53,746 bases of DNA from a virus. A model generated the notes under the pieces. The model was given only the letters and a program-made list of their open reading frames with translations, made no database searches and was not told the DNA's origin. Shown in pieces: positions 45,379-53,384 of this stretch. Location: the IMG/VR virus record IMGVR_UViG_3300009156_000037, one strand, 5' to 3'. Numbering within the stretch: position 1 is the stretch's first letter; each line of letters opens with the position of its first letter. A program made the position numbers and the translations under genes.

Positions 45379-45448
45379 GGGCTGGACCCGGGGTGGGCGG
45401 AGTCCAGCCCAGTCTGGATCAACGGAAACGGGGGTCGTCGTCCAGACT
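45379..45448 (-). terminator. Two consecutive hairpins between the last right-arm gene and the tRNA
   Basis: GGGCTGGAC/GTCCAGCCC (45379-45387 / 45402-45410) and AGTCTGGA/TCCAGACT (45411-45418 / 45441-45448). Confidence 0.45.
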
Positions 45449-45454
45449 CTTATT

Positions 45455-45706
45455 TCAGCCTACCCACCCCTGGCCAGCGCGTCTACCACTGGCATAGTCG
45501 GCTGACCCAAGTTGCGCCACATCTGTCAGCATGTCTGGTTCCCGGCGCAAACCCAACATGTCGATAACCAGTTCAAGGTCGTCTTCCGACCAGTCATGGT
45601 TGATCGAATACCAGAGCAGGTAGTCTTCGGCCCGGGCCTGAGCCCGCTTTTTAGCAGCCAGCTCCGCAAGCCGCTGCTGCTCGTGGATCTCCTTCAGTGT
45701 GTCCAT
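45455..45706 (-). CDS. Hypothetical protein
   Basis: ORF of 83 aa. The start abuts the upstream stop (TAGATG). Confidence 0.55.
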   Translation of the reverse strand: MDTLKEIHEQQRLAELAAKKRAQARAEDYLLWYSINHDWSEDDLELVIDMLGLRREPDMLTDVAQLGSADYASGRRAGQGWVG

Positions 45707-45928
45707 CTACACCGCCTGGTTGAAGTACTCATCCTTGGTGACATGACCGTGACGCACCGGCTGCGGTAGCCGGCCGATGTGCCACAGGTTGTCGTTTTCG
45801 CTGCATCGGTACACACTCTTGTGTTCCGAGTGGCGATGGGCAATCTTGCGGGCCCGATGGCGATGGGTGTAGGACAACTTGTTGTGCGTGTAACACCAGG
45901 CCACTGCCAGGTTGGTGTGTCCGCTCAT
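45707..45928 (-). CDS. Small His/Cys-rich protein
   Basis: ATG at 45928 follows GGAGG and forms ATGA with the upstream stop. Contains WCYTHNK ... VYRCSENDNLWHIG. Confidence 0.55.
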   Translation of the reverse strand: MSGHTNLAVAWCYTHNKLSYTHRHRARKIAHRHSEHKSVYRCSENDNLWHIGRLPQPVRHGHVTKDEYFNQAV

Positions 45929-46524
45929 GTGAGAACCTCCGCCGGTACTGGTGATTGGGTGGTACGCCACCCAGTACGCAGGTGACGTAGGGAAGGGAAT
46001 TCAGATGTGTGAGTATTGAGGCATTCCACCTGGTGTGGGGTGTACCCGTCTGCTCGGTGGTGGCCCACATACACTTCACCGCCGGCCAGGACGGCTTTCT
46101 CGTAGACTTCCAGGGCCACCTGTTCAGGGGTGCGGGGGGTGGTGAGCAGCCACCAGTCGTGCCACCATTCGCGCAGGCTACGGCGGGGGCCATTGAGCCA
46201 GGCCTGCTCGTCGTCGTTGCGAGGCATTACGGCACGTTCCCAGGCGGTGGCGGGTAGGTGATCCTCCTTGTCGAGGTCGTCCCAGGTGTAGTCGCGGGCC
46301 AGTGGGGAACGAGTCACTGTGTAGTTGTTGACCTTGGTTACGTCCACGTCCAGACCGGTGAGGATCCGAGTCACTTCTGCTTGGTCACGCTGTCGAAGCT
46401 GGTACTTGTGTTGCTGGCGACGCTGTTCACGCCACTGATCCCACAAGGTGTGCGCCCACCGGATCAGGTACCCGGAGGCGAAAACCCCACCGATCCAGGC
46501 GTGGTTTGCCACGAACTCGGTCAT
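45925..46524 (-). CDS. Hypothetical protein with N-terminal hydrophobic helix, Trp-rich
   Basis: ATG at 46524 follows GGTGGAGG and is ATGA-coupled. The longer ORF-track N-terminus is judged off-frame-like. Confidence 0.5.
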   Translation of the reverse strand: MTEFVANHAWIGGVFASGYLIRWAHTLWDQWREQRRQQHKYQLRQRDQAEVTRILTGLDVDVTKVNNYTVTRSPLARDYTWDDLDKEDHLPATAWERAVMPRNDDEQAWLNGPRRSLREWWHDWWLLTTPRTPEQVALEVYEKAVLAGGEVYVGHHRADGYTPHQVECLNTHTSEFPSLRHLRTGWRTTQSPVPAEVLT

Positions 46525-46760
46525 CGTTGGTACGCCTCCACCCACAGTCGGGACTGAGCGATCAGGACGCGGCGCAGCTTGCGCCACTGGTGCGTTTCCA
46601 TGGCGATGGTGGCGTAGCCAGGATGCGGCCACAGCTCTACGAGCAGCTCCATCGCGTCCGTCATGATCTCGAAGTCGACCATGGCCTGCTTGGTTCGTTG
46701 GTCGTTGTCGGTGTCCAGGTGCATAACCTGAGTATCCTCATTGCCCACGGTGATCTCCAT
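46521..46760 (-). CDS. Hypothetical protein
   Basis: ORF of 79 aa. ATG 46724 with GAGGA is an alternative start that avoids the 23-nt overlap. Confidence 0.5.
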   Translation of the reverse strand: MEITVGNEDTQVMHLDTDNDQRTKQAMVDFEIMTDAMELLVELWPHPGYATIAMETHQWRKLRRVLIAQSRLWVEAYQR

Positions 46761-47100
46761 TCAGTGCGGGTAGGGCCATGGCCAGCAGGGTCACGAAGTC
46801 TTCTCCCGTCATGATCACATAGCCATCCTTCGGGGAGGCCTTGCCCCGCCGCTTCGCCCAGACGACAGCGAACAACGCCTGGGCGTTGTTCCGTTCCTTC
46901 GTGGCCTCGGCCACCCAACCAGCTAGATCAAAACGGGCAGCGTTCTTAGCCTCAATGACGCACCGGGGGATACCGGCAATGTCGCCGCGATCGTTGGATC
47001 CGGTCAGAGCCCGACGTTCCACGTTAGGCCATTGCCTGTCCGAGAGGAAGTCGACGATGGCGGACTCCCAGCTGGTGCCCTTGGCCTTCGATCTGTTCAC
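46738..47100 (-). CDS. PD-(D/E)xK endonuclease, Holliday-junction-resolvase-like
   Basis: KGTSWESAIVDFL ... NDRGDIAG ... VIEAKN gives the E...D...ExK pattern. GTG at 47100 follows GGAGG and is GTGA-coupled. Confidence 0.6.
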   Translation of the reverse strand: MNRSKAKGTSWESAIVDFLSDRQWPNVERRALTGSNDRGDIAGIPRCVIEAKNAARFDLAGWVAEATKERNNAQALFAVVWAKRRGKASPKDGYVIMTGEDFVTLLAMALPALNGDHRGQ

Positions 47101-47288
47101 GCACCAACCTCCCAGTTGGCGTCGTGGATTGGACAACCAGCAGTGGTCCACCAGCCGTCCGGTGGCCATGGCGCCCATTTGCCGTGGTTGTTGTCCAGTA
47201 CTGGGCACAGGCAACCCATGTTGAGGGCCTCGTTGGATCCGGGGTTGGGGGGCCTTTCGCCGTGAAGTACCGCTTGTGCCGCTGTCAT
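47097..47288 (-). CDS. Hypothetical small protein
   Basis: Coupled ORF of 63 aa, Cys/Trp-containing. Confidence 0.45.
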   Translation of the reverse strand: MTAAQAVLHGERPPNPGSNEALNMGCLCPVLDNNHGKWAPWPPDGWWTTAGCPIHDANWEVGA

Positions 47289-47707
47289 GTTCTCACTGTC
47301 CTTCTACGGGCGCGTTCCTTGTGCTTACGGTTGGCAGCCCGCGACGCGCACGACGTCGCACAGTACTTCTGCCGACTTGAGTAGCGACGAAACAGCTGGT
47401 TGCAGTTGGCGCAGAAGGCTTCAACGTCGAGCGGGCCCAGGGTGGAGGTGCCGTTCCAGCTGCGTCGGGCAGTGAAGTTGTGACCGCCGAGGATCACCCC
47501 GATGGCCCCGCTGTCGTAGCCGTACTGTTTGCATTCCTTCTTGACAGGGCAGGTTGTGCAGATGGCTCGGGCGCGCTCGTTGAAGGCGAACTGGACGGGG
47601 TCACCGGTGCCCTTGCCATCGACCAACGACCACCATTCAGGGTCGTAGTTGCGACATTCGGCAAGGTTCTTCCAGTGTGTTCCAGTCTCCCTGACCTTGA
47701 TCTTCAC
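47285..47707 (-). CDS. WhiB-like Fe-S transcription factor with extra C-terminal Cys4 zinc-ribbon and basic tail
   Basis: CRNYDPEWW ... ICTTCPVKKEC is the WhiB four-Cys pattern. The C-terminus is FCANCNQLF...YCATSCASRAANRKHKERARRR. GTG at 47707 follows GGAAGGAG. Confidence 0.75.
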   Translation of the reverse strand: MKIKVRETGTHWKNLAECRNYDPEWWSLVDGKGTGDPVQFAFNERARAICTTCPVKKECKQYGYDSGAIGVILGGHNFTARRSWNGTSTLGPLDVEAFCANCNQLFRRYSSRQKYCATSCASRAANRKHKERARRRTVRT

Positions 47708-47991
47708 TCTTCGATCTCCTTCCTCCCTGCTTCCAGTTGCTCCGGTACCCACAGGTCGTGGCCCCGTTGGTGATGCCCTGTCCACCTGATGCCGTGGCCG
47801 GACAGATTGACAACGTAATGGGTATTGATGTGGTGAATGGGTTCGAGAATGTCCCAGCTCCGAACGAACTCGCGTTCCACCTCCAACCTAACCTCAGGGT
47901 TCTGCATCTGGATGGCGATGAACTGGTCATGTGGGAATCGGACGATGACGCCGGCCCACTCAGGTCGTCGCGGCGGGTTCCACTGCGCCAT
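47704..47991 (-). CDS. Hypothetical protein
   Basis: ATG at 47991 follows GAGGAGG. It overlaps the upstream gene by 32 nt. Confidence 0.45.
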   Translation of the reverse strand: MAQWNPPRRPEWAGVIVRFPHDQFIAIQMQNPEVRLEVEREFVRSWDILEPIHHINTHYVVNLSGHGIRWTGHHQRGHDLWVPEQLEAGRKEIEE

Positions 47992-48337
47992 CGTCGCTGG
48001 CCTCCTCGGTGAATTCTTCAGTGATCTTGTCGACAACGCCCGCCTCCCAGGCGCACTTGAAGTCGGAGAAGGCAGCGATCAGGGTCCGACCGATAGGGGA
48101 AACCGACCAGAACTTCAGCTGTTCGTAGCCACCCTTGGTGCCCTCGTAGGTCATGGCATCGGCATACACCGCCCAAGTGGTCTGAACGTCCTGCTTGGAC
48201 TTACCATTCCAGTGCTCAGTGAGGACGTGGAAGGTCTTCATGGTTTCTCCTCGGGCATCGTAGTAGCCACGCTGGTACCAGTAGGCTTCTGGCTGATCAG
48301 CGTTTGGTACCAGGTCAATTGGTAGGGGGACTTTCAT
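47960..48337 (-). CDS. Hypothetical protein with acidic C-terminus
   Basis: ATGA-coupled ORF of 125 aa. Confidence 0.55.
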   Translation of the reverse strand: MKVPLPIDLVPNADQPEAYWYQRGYYDARGETMKTFHVLTEHWNGKSKQDVQTTWAVYADAMTYEGTKGGYEQLKFWSVSPIGRTLIAAFSDFKCAWEAGVVDKITEEFTEEASDDGAVEPAATT

Positions 48338-48699
48338 TCGGTCACCAGCCGGAACTGGCGAACGTGGTACTGCTCAGCGATCTCCGGGTGACGCTTACGG
48401 AATGCGTCCATGTCGAAGACCTGTTGGGTCTTGGTGCGCATGAAGTGCTGCGCCAGGTCGGGGTGTTCACGCTGGATGCGGGCTTCGGCGTAGCGTTCGC
48501 TGGGACGGTAGGTGATGATCTTCTCGTCGCCCACCTGGCCAGCGTGGGCGTCACCAATCTCCTTGATCAACTGGGTTTTGAGATTGTCGGCGATGGCCTG
48601 CCACGCTTCTGCGTTGGCACGGGCTTCCTTCCAGTTGGTGACCAGCTCAGGGTCAAGCTGGACGGCCGGTTCGTCCTCGTAGCGATCTGGTAGTGGCAT
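48334..48699 (-). CDS. Hypothetical protein
   Basis: CAGGAG SD. ORF of 121 aa. Confidence 0.55.
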   Translation of the reverse strand: MPLPDRYEDEPAVQLDPELVTNWKEARANAEAWQAIADNLKTQLIKEIGDAHAGQVGDEKIITYRPSERYAEARIQREHPDLAQHFMRTKTQQVFDMDAFRKRHPEIAEQYHVRQFRLVTE

Positions 48700-48730
48700 G
48701 TCTACTCCTGTTCGTTCGTGACGGGCTTGC

Positions 48731-48748
48731 AGGGGTAAGCTTACCCCT
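48731..48748. terminator. 18-bp perfect palindrome AGGGGTAAGCTTACCCCT spanning a stop codon
   Basis: Read directly. It lies at the 3' end of the 48741-49037 gene, upstream of the next SD. Confidence 0.45.
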
Positions 48749-49037
48749 CCCCTCCCTCCAGGAGGTCAAGTTGACCTTGAAGAACCTCAGTAGGAGGACC
48801 TAACACCTTGGATCGGGGAGTTCCCACACATTTGGGGCACAGGTATACATCGAGACGTTTACCTGTTTCACTGAATCCATGGAAGATGTGCCACCCGTGG
48901 GCCCGAGCCCGGTTCTCCGTCTCCAACCAGTCCTCAGAGGCCCAGACCACGATGCAGTCATCCTTGCCAGTAGCACAGACCAGCCACTTACTGCTCACCA
49001 TCCAGGAACTCTCTCTTCCATCACTTTTCCTCTCCAT
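48741..49037 (-). CDS. Hypothetical protein
   Basis: The C-terminal part is plausible (HGWHIFHGFSETGKRLDVYLCPKC). The start is uncertain, either 49037 or 49001. Confidence 0.4.
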   Translation of the reverse strand: MERKSDGRESSWMVSSKWLVCATGKDDCIVVWASEDWLETENRARAHGWHIFHGFSETGKRLDVYLCPKCVGTPRSKVLGPPTEVLQGQLDLLEGGEG

Positions 49038-49266
49038 CCGAGACGAATCTGTCACATGACGAAAAGTGTTGAGCTTCATCTTGTGTGTAGTAGCCAAACT
49101 CGTTCGTCTTGCGATCCCACCAGCCATGACGATGATCCGATGTGATGAACTCCGCGTACCGCCCTGATTCGTTGTGAGACCAGACCAGCACGCGGTCGAT
49201 ACGTGGGTCACCGGTTACGCGTTGCACCCGGCGCACGTTCTTCGCGTTGAGAACATTCACTCCCAT
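49021..49266 (-). CDS. Hypothetical protein
   Basis: GAAGGAAAAAG SD. It is preceded by an AT-rich gap. Confidence 0.55.
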   Translation of the reverse strand: MGVNVLNAKNVRRVQRVTGDPRIDRVLVWSHNESGRYAEFITSDHRHGWWDRKTNEFGYYTQDEAQHFSSCDRFVSDGEEK

Positions 49267-49310
49267 CTTTTTCCTTCATTCGTTTAATTAACTAAACGAG
49301 ATATCAAACG

Positions 49311-49592
49311 TCAATGCTCATCGGCATCCAGCCTCCACTGCTGAAGGGCAATGTCCAATACCTTGATCTCAGACATTTCCCTCAGGGCCCGGTTCGCGTC
49401 CTGGGTGATCACATCCTCGATACATTCCGCCCGGTCACAGGGGATGTCGTGATGGCCCACCGTGCACAGGTGGTAGCAGTCCGGCCGGGTGTCCACATTC
49501 GGGTGGCACACCGGCTCCCCGTTGATGGTCGCCCATCCACCCACATAGTCGCCCATCTGACGGTGACAGTGGGCACAGATCGCCAACGCCAT
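49311..49592 (-). CDS. Cys/His-rich small protein
   Basis: TGATG-coupled ATG at 49592. Contains CAHCH ... CHPN ... CYHLC ... PCDRAEC. Confidence 0.5.
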   Translation of the reverse strand: MALAICAHCHRQMGDYVGGWATINGEPVCHPNVDTRPDCYHLCTVGHHDIPCDRAECIEDVITQDANRALREMSEIKVLDIALQQWRLDADEH

Positions 49593-49831
49593 CAGTGCAC
49601 CGCCCTCGCCGCGAACGTGACCCCACCATGGCTGTGGGCGGGCATCACCGGCGCCCTGGTGAACCTCAGCGAGGACACCTCCAGCCGCAACGCCACCGTG
49701 CAATGGGGGCAGCCGTTGTCCAGCGCCCGAGACTGAGTGGACCGTGGGCGATGCAAACAGTCGCACCAGGAGCCGCCACGGCACAGCTCGTGGCGACCCT
49801 CTTTACAGTCGGTGCAGATGAACTGAGGCAT
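49592..49831 (-). CDS. Cys-rich small protein
   Basis: TAATG-coupled. Contains FICTDCKEGRHELCRGGSWCDC. Codon third positions are GC-rich. Confidence 0.45.
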   Translation of the reverse strand: MPQFICTDCKEGRHELCRGGSWCDCLHRPRSTQSRALDNGCPHCTVALRLEVSSLRFTRAPVMPAHSHGGVTFAARAVH

Positions 49832-50211
49832 TAGTCGAACACCACCCCAGTGACCTTGGTGAGATGTTCCTTGAGGCGGTCAACCTCATGCCCGTCGTCG
49901 ACCGGACCCCAGAAGAAGATCTCGTCGGCCTGCTTCGCGTCCAAGCCAAGTAGCTGCATTGCCACCTGTGGCACTGAGCATTGACAACCAATGGAGTGAC
50001 CGTCATCAGAAAAGCAAGGCGCCGGGTTGCCATCCTTGTCGAGGACACGCATCGCGCCATCCATACGGCCGGACACGATGAGGGTCCAGCCTGCGACACA
50101 GGCGAATGTGCCACAGCGACTCTTGACGGCCCACTCTTCCTGGTCCCAGAACTGGGGGAACGTCTCGATCTGCTTAACTACCGTCCTGAAAAGTTCCTCG
50201 TTAACTGTCAC
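49831..50211 (-). CDS. Hypothetical protein
   Basis: GTGA-coupled ORF of 126 aa. Confidence 0.55.
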   Translation of the reverse strand: MTVNEELFRTVVKQIETFPQFWDQEEWAVKSRCGTFACVAGWTLIVSGRMDGAMRVLDKDGNPAPCFSDDGHSIGCQCSVPQVAMQLLGLDAKQADEIFFWGPVDDGHEVDRLKEHLTKVTGVVFD

Positions 50212-50432
50212 CTGTCTACCTCCGCTATCCGTTTGATCAGCTCGGTGGCCTGCCTGAGGTTGTCGCGTAACGTAGTGTGGAGGTTCCAGAATGTCTCATC
50301 ATGGAACAGACCTGACTGTTCAAGCTCCTTGATCACGTCACCGAGCGCTTGGGCGTACCCACCAACGTAGTGGCGTTGAACCTGCCTGTCGCCTCGGTCC
50401 TGGTGGGGTGCCACAGTCGACCAAATGATCAT
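50208..50432 (-). CDS. Hypothetical protein
   Basis: GGGAG SD. ORF of 74 aa. Confidence 0.55.
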   Translation of the reverse strand: MIIWSTVAPHQDRGDRQVQRHYVGGYAQALGDVIKELEQSGLFHDETFWNLHTTLRDNLRQATELIKRIAEVDR

Positions 50433-50434
50433 CC

Positions 50435-50653
50435 TTACTCCCTGATCAAGCTACGATACTCGTCGATGAACACCTTGACTGCCTCGTACATGTCGCGGGG
50501 CGTTGCCCCACCCACTGTCTTCAGCTGACGGATCAGCAGCTCCCGAGGCTGAATGTTGTCCAAGTGCTCCAGCAACGAGCTGAGCGTCTCCACCTGGATC
50601 GCCTCGTACAAGTCAGGCGTGAGGAGCCACCCCTGACGGTGCAGCTCCTCCAC
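50435..50653 (-). CDS. Hypothetical protein (start uncertain)
   Basis: The stop is secure. ATG 50779 would overlap the upstream gene by 85 nt and give an R/G-rich N-terminus, so GTG 50653 is preferred. Confidence 0.4.
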   Translation of the reverse strand: MEELHRQGWLLTPDLYEAIQVETLSSLLEHLDNIQPRELLIRQLKTVGGATPRDMYEAVKVFIDEYRSLIRE

Positions 50654-50694
50654 CAGGCTCGTCCCATCGTTGATGGCCCGGGCGTGTAGGCGAC

Positions 50695-50973
50695 CTATCG
50701 CCTCGTAGGTTGCTGAGTCAACAGCTCCACCATGGCGGCGATCCCGTAGGTGTCGGCCAGGTCCTTGTGATCTCTCCATGCCCCCACCAGGTCACGATAG
50801 GTCTGGTCGTAGCGAAGCTCTGAATCGAGGATGAACCGGTCCGATGTCTTGTTGCCGTAGAAGCGACGGTACTGGGGCAGCTTCTTTGCCTCTGTCGCCT
50901 CATAGTCGGTGACCTTCTTGTAGGCCTGCGCCATCAGCTTGAGTTCACGCTGGTGGCGTTCGACATTAGTCAT
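50695..50973 (-). CDS. Hypothetical protein
   Basis: ORF of 92 aa with an 8-nt overlap with the upstream gene. Confidence 0.55.
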   Translation of the reverse strand: MTNVERHQRELKLMAQAYKKVTDYEATEAKKLPQYRRFYGNKTSDRFILDSELRYDQTYRDLVGAWRDHKDLADTYGIAAMVELLTQQPTRR

Positions 50974-51322
50974 CTTCGATCAACTTCTCGAAGGCATCGG
51001 CGATCTTGTTGAAGTCCCAGCGCTCCTGGTCATTGGCACAGGTAGCAGGAGTGCCATGTACTACATTGGGATCAGGCAGTGGGGGATCGTCTTCATCGAA
51101 GCCGTACCAGTCAGCTACCTCAGCGGGAAGAACCTCACTCTCACCCCAGTAGTAACCCAGCAATATGCTGGGATCTTGATTTTTGGCCACCTCGGTAAAC
51201 ACACCAAGGCAACAGTGCCTCGGTCCACTTCCATCGTCGTAGCGTAGTGACCCGAAGCCCTGCTTGTAGTTGCCGGACCGTAGCGCCTCAATACCGAGGC
51301 GGACTCGTTCCTTATTGATCAT
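50966..51322 (-). CDS. Hypothetical protein
   Basis: Strong SD TTAAGGAGGAATC before the ATG. It is the first gene after a 90-nt gap. Confidence 0.65.
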   Translation of the reverse strand: MINKERVRLGIEALRSGNYKQGFGSLRYDDGSGPRHCCLGVFTEVAKNQDPSILLGYYWGESEVLPAEVADWYGFDEDDPPLPDPNVVHGTPATCANDQERWDFNKIADAFEKLIEDD

Positions 51323-51413
51323 GATTCCTCCTTAACGGACCCCAGGACCGACAGGGATATGGTGGTCACCTGCCAGCCCCGGGCGTCTTGTGATGGGCAA
51401 CTTCAGACTGGGA

Positions 51414-51707
51414 CTAGTCTACTGGGGAGGGGTGGGGTTCGCTACTCTCCCGTCGAAGGATCGCTCGACCCTCCTCCACCAGCCTCGACACGGTGCTACG
51501 TCTCGTACCCGTTGACTCAGCCAGCTTGGTGGCGTCCCAATCTTCCTGACTAACCACCCTCACCGCCACCAGACGCCTGCGCCGACCCATAGACGACAAC
51601 AGGTCTTGGATCACCGCGAACCACTCACCAGTGGTACGAAACTGGTCAACCTCTGACATGGCATCTAGTTCAGCCCACAGGGCCTCCTCCCATGCCGGTG
51701 TAGACAC
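51414..51707 (-). CDS. HTH DNA-binding protein
   Basis: ATKLAESTGTRRSTVSRLVEEGRAIL is a C-terminal HTH pattern. Confidence 0.55.
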   Translation of the reverse strand: MSTPAWEEALWAELDAMSEVDQFRTTGEWFAVIQDLLSSMGRRRRLVAVRVVSQEDWDATKLAESTGTRRSTVSRLVEEGRAILRRESSEPHPSPVD

Positions 51708-51711
51708 TGTG

Positions 51712-51930
51712 CTACCTCCCTTGACTCAAGAACATTTCCAAGTACGAGAGTAGCTCCTCATGCCCCACCAGGGATACCTCCCCGCCGGTGGACAAAATGT
51801 ACGAATCGTCTAGTCGATGGATCAGGAACTCGTCAGTCTCGACCGGGAACTTCGAGACCGGCTCCTCCACCCGGCGATGCCGGGCACGATACGGGCTACC
51901 GCTCACCGTGGCGACCCTTATCCTTTCCAC
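51712..51930 (-). CDS. Hypothetical protein (start uncertain)
   Basis: ORF of 72 aa. It overlaps the upstream gene by 35 nt if ATG 51930 is used. Confidence 0.4.
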   Translation of the reverse strand: MERIRVATVSGSPYRARHRRVEEPVSKFPVETDEFLIHRLDDSYILSTGGEVSLVGHEELLSYLEMFLSQGR

Positions 51931-52120
51931 TTAACTCCCGCTCCAACCTCTTATCCGACATGTCCATGACATAGGTATACCAAGCGACAAGTCCCGCCCA
52001 TATAGCGCCACCCACCACACACAAGTGACGATTAGCCCAAGACTGTGAGGCGTACCAGGCCACCATTGCCGACCAGGCAATAAAGATGAGGAATACAGTC
52101 AGCCTATACGCCAGACTCAT
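51896..52120 (-). CDS. Small membrane protein (two hydrophobic helices)
   Basis: ATGA-coupled ATG at 52120. Contains LTVFLIFIAWSAMVAWY and VVGGAIWAGLVAWY. Confidence 0.55.
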   Translation of the reverse strand: MSLAYRLTVFLIFIAWSAMVAWYASQSWANRHLCVVGGAIWAGLVAWYTYVMDMSDKRLERELSGKDKGRHGER

Positions 52121-52518
52121 GTCGTCCACTCCTCATCCCACGCCACCACAAATGTAGGAATTCCCGCTTCCTTCGCCTTGCGAAGACAATCCCCGGTACC
52201 TGATGAACCACCACGATGGAAACCAATCACCATGTCGGCGCCCTCATGAACCATGAGACTGTTACGGACAGGCCCCGCAGCCTTGCCGTGTGCGCGCCAA
52301 TCAGCCGGGTAGGGTTCCACAGACACCCCGTCATCGCTGCGACGGCGAGCCCACCCATCGACCAACCGGTCAGCACCAGTCGGACAGTCACCGTGAACAA
52401 CCACCAGCGGTTCACGCAGCAGATTGCACAGTTCCTTGAGTCGGTGCAGAACCGAATACACGGTCCATTCCGCCCAAGGGCCCTCCCAATGGCGGGAACC
52501 AGTGACGATAACTCTCAT
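52117..52518 (-). CDS. SLOG-superfamily protein (DUF2493-like)
   Basis: MRVIVTGSRHW ... VVVHGDCPTGADRLVDGWA ... PADWRAHGKAAGPVRNSLM ... follows AAGGAGG. Confidence 0.65.
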   Translation of the reverse strand: MRVIVTGSRHWEGPWAEWTVYSVLHRLKELCNLLREPLVVVHGDCPTGADRLVDGWARRRSDDGVSVEPYPADWRAHGKAAGPVRNSLMVHEGADMVIGFHRGGSSGTGDCLRKAKEAGIPTFVVAWDEEWTT

Positions 52519-52718
52519 CAATCCTCCTTCTTGTGGGCGGGATGCCACACCACCGGGGACCACATCTGGGTGTAGCCCCGGCGGGGCACCCACAGCTGGG
52601 TACGTGAACCCCACGTCAACGCCACGATGAGGCACCCCCAGCGGGTGGTTACGTAGATCCGGGCCGGGGCACCGTACTTGCGACAGTCCCGGTCCAAAAG
52701 GCAGCAGTGAACGTTCAC
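52518..52718 (-). CDS. Hypothetical small protein
   Basis: GTGA-coupled start and TGATG-coupled end. Cys/Trp-rich. Confidence 0.4.
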   Translation of the reverse strand: MNVHCCLLDRDCRKYGAPARIYVTTRWGCLIVALTWGSRTQLWVPRRGYTQMWSPVVWHPAHKKED

Positions 52719-52978
52719 GACTGTTCCTGATTCATCAACTCGATCAGAAACTGAAGAACCCTACGCGTGTGTACCTGCTCCTGGTGCATAGATACAGTAG
52801 CGATCACCGGGACGTTGTTTGCCGCGTAGCAGCTACGAAGCCAGTCGGCTAAGACGGCGAGCGCGGCGTCAGCATCGCCGAAGCGGTCCGCAAACACTGT
52901 CGGTTCGCAGGTCCGATCAGGACAGTGGAGGTCATGAAGGGCAACGGCAATCCGCTCGCGCAGTGAGGGAACGTTCAC
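52715..52978 (-). CDS. Hypothetical protein
   Basis: GTGA-coupled start within the same 14-nt motif as the next gene. Confidence 0.5.
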   Translation of the reverse strand: MNVPSLRERIAVALHDLHCPDRTCEPTVFADRFGDADAALAVLADWLRSCYAANNVPVIATVSMHQEQVHTRRVLQFLIELMNQEQS

Positions 52979-53151
52979 GACTTCTTCCTTCTGGTCAACA
53001 GCAGCGCGACCAGGAACATGGGGCCTAGGATCGCGGGCAGGATCGACTCCTGGATGTGTGCGTAGATCCAGGCGTCATCGTTGAGGCGCAGTAGACCGAC
53101 AACAAGCACACCGAGGCCGATGGTCAGGCAGCACCGAATGAAGGTCATCAT
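52975..53151 (-). CDS. Small membrane protein
   Basis: ATGA-coupled ATG at 53151; longer starts at 53163 and 53193 are possible. Two hydrophobic helices and an RRKKS tail. Confidence 0.5.
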   Translation of the reverse strand: MMTFIRCCLTIGLGVLVVGLLRLNDDAWIYAHIQESILPAILGPMFLVALLLTRRKKS

Positions 53152-53384
53152 GACGGTGGCCATTGCCCCAACATGCCACGGGAGGCACGCCAACGCGCCA
53201 CCGCCACCCGCTTCACGTCGGCGTCACTGTAGCGACGATGCCCACCCGGTGTCTTGATGCAACGCACCTGACCCCGGTTGGCCCAGGTACGCAGTGTCTT
53301 CGGGTGAACCTTCAAGATCTGGCAGGCCTCACCTGGAGTCAACCAACCCGCAGCCTGAAGCCTGCTCTTACCCACCAACTTCAT
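53148..53384 (-). CDS. MerR/excisionase-type HTH DNA-binding protein
   Basis: LTPGEACQILKVHPKTLRTWANRGQVRCIKTPGGHRRY matches the HTH_17/Xis-like pattern. Confidence 0.7.
   Translation of the reverse strand: MKLVGKSRLQAAGWLTPGEACQILKVHPKTLRTWANRGQVRCIKTPGGHRRYSDADVKRVAVARWRASRGMLGQWPPS

Noticed and set aside
45013-45454. attP site / integration module next to the tRNA.
   Set aside because: No tyrosine or serine recombinase-like ORF was recognised anywhere. The only Xis-like HTH (53148-53384) is far away and may be a general regulator.
49267-49310. AT-rich gap with TTGATA and the imperfect palindrome CGTTTAATTAACTAAACG as an internal early promoter.
   Set aside because: I could not place a convincing -10 hexamer at a proper spacing, so it is left uncalled. 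It may still be a promoter or terminator.
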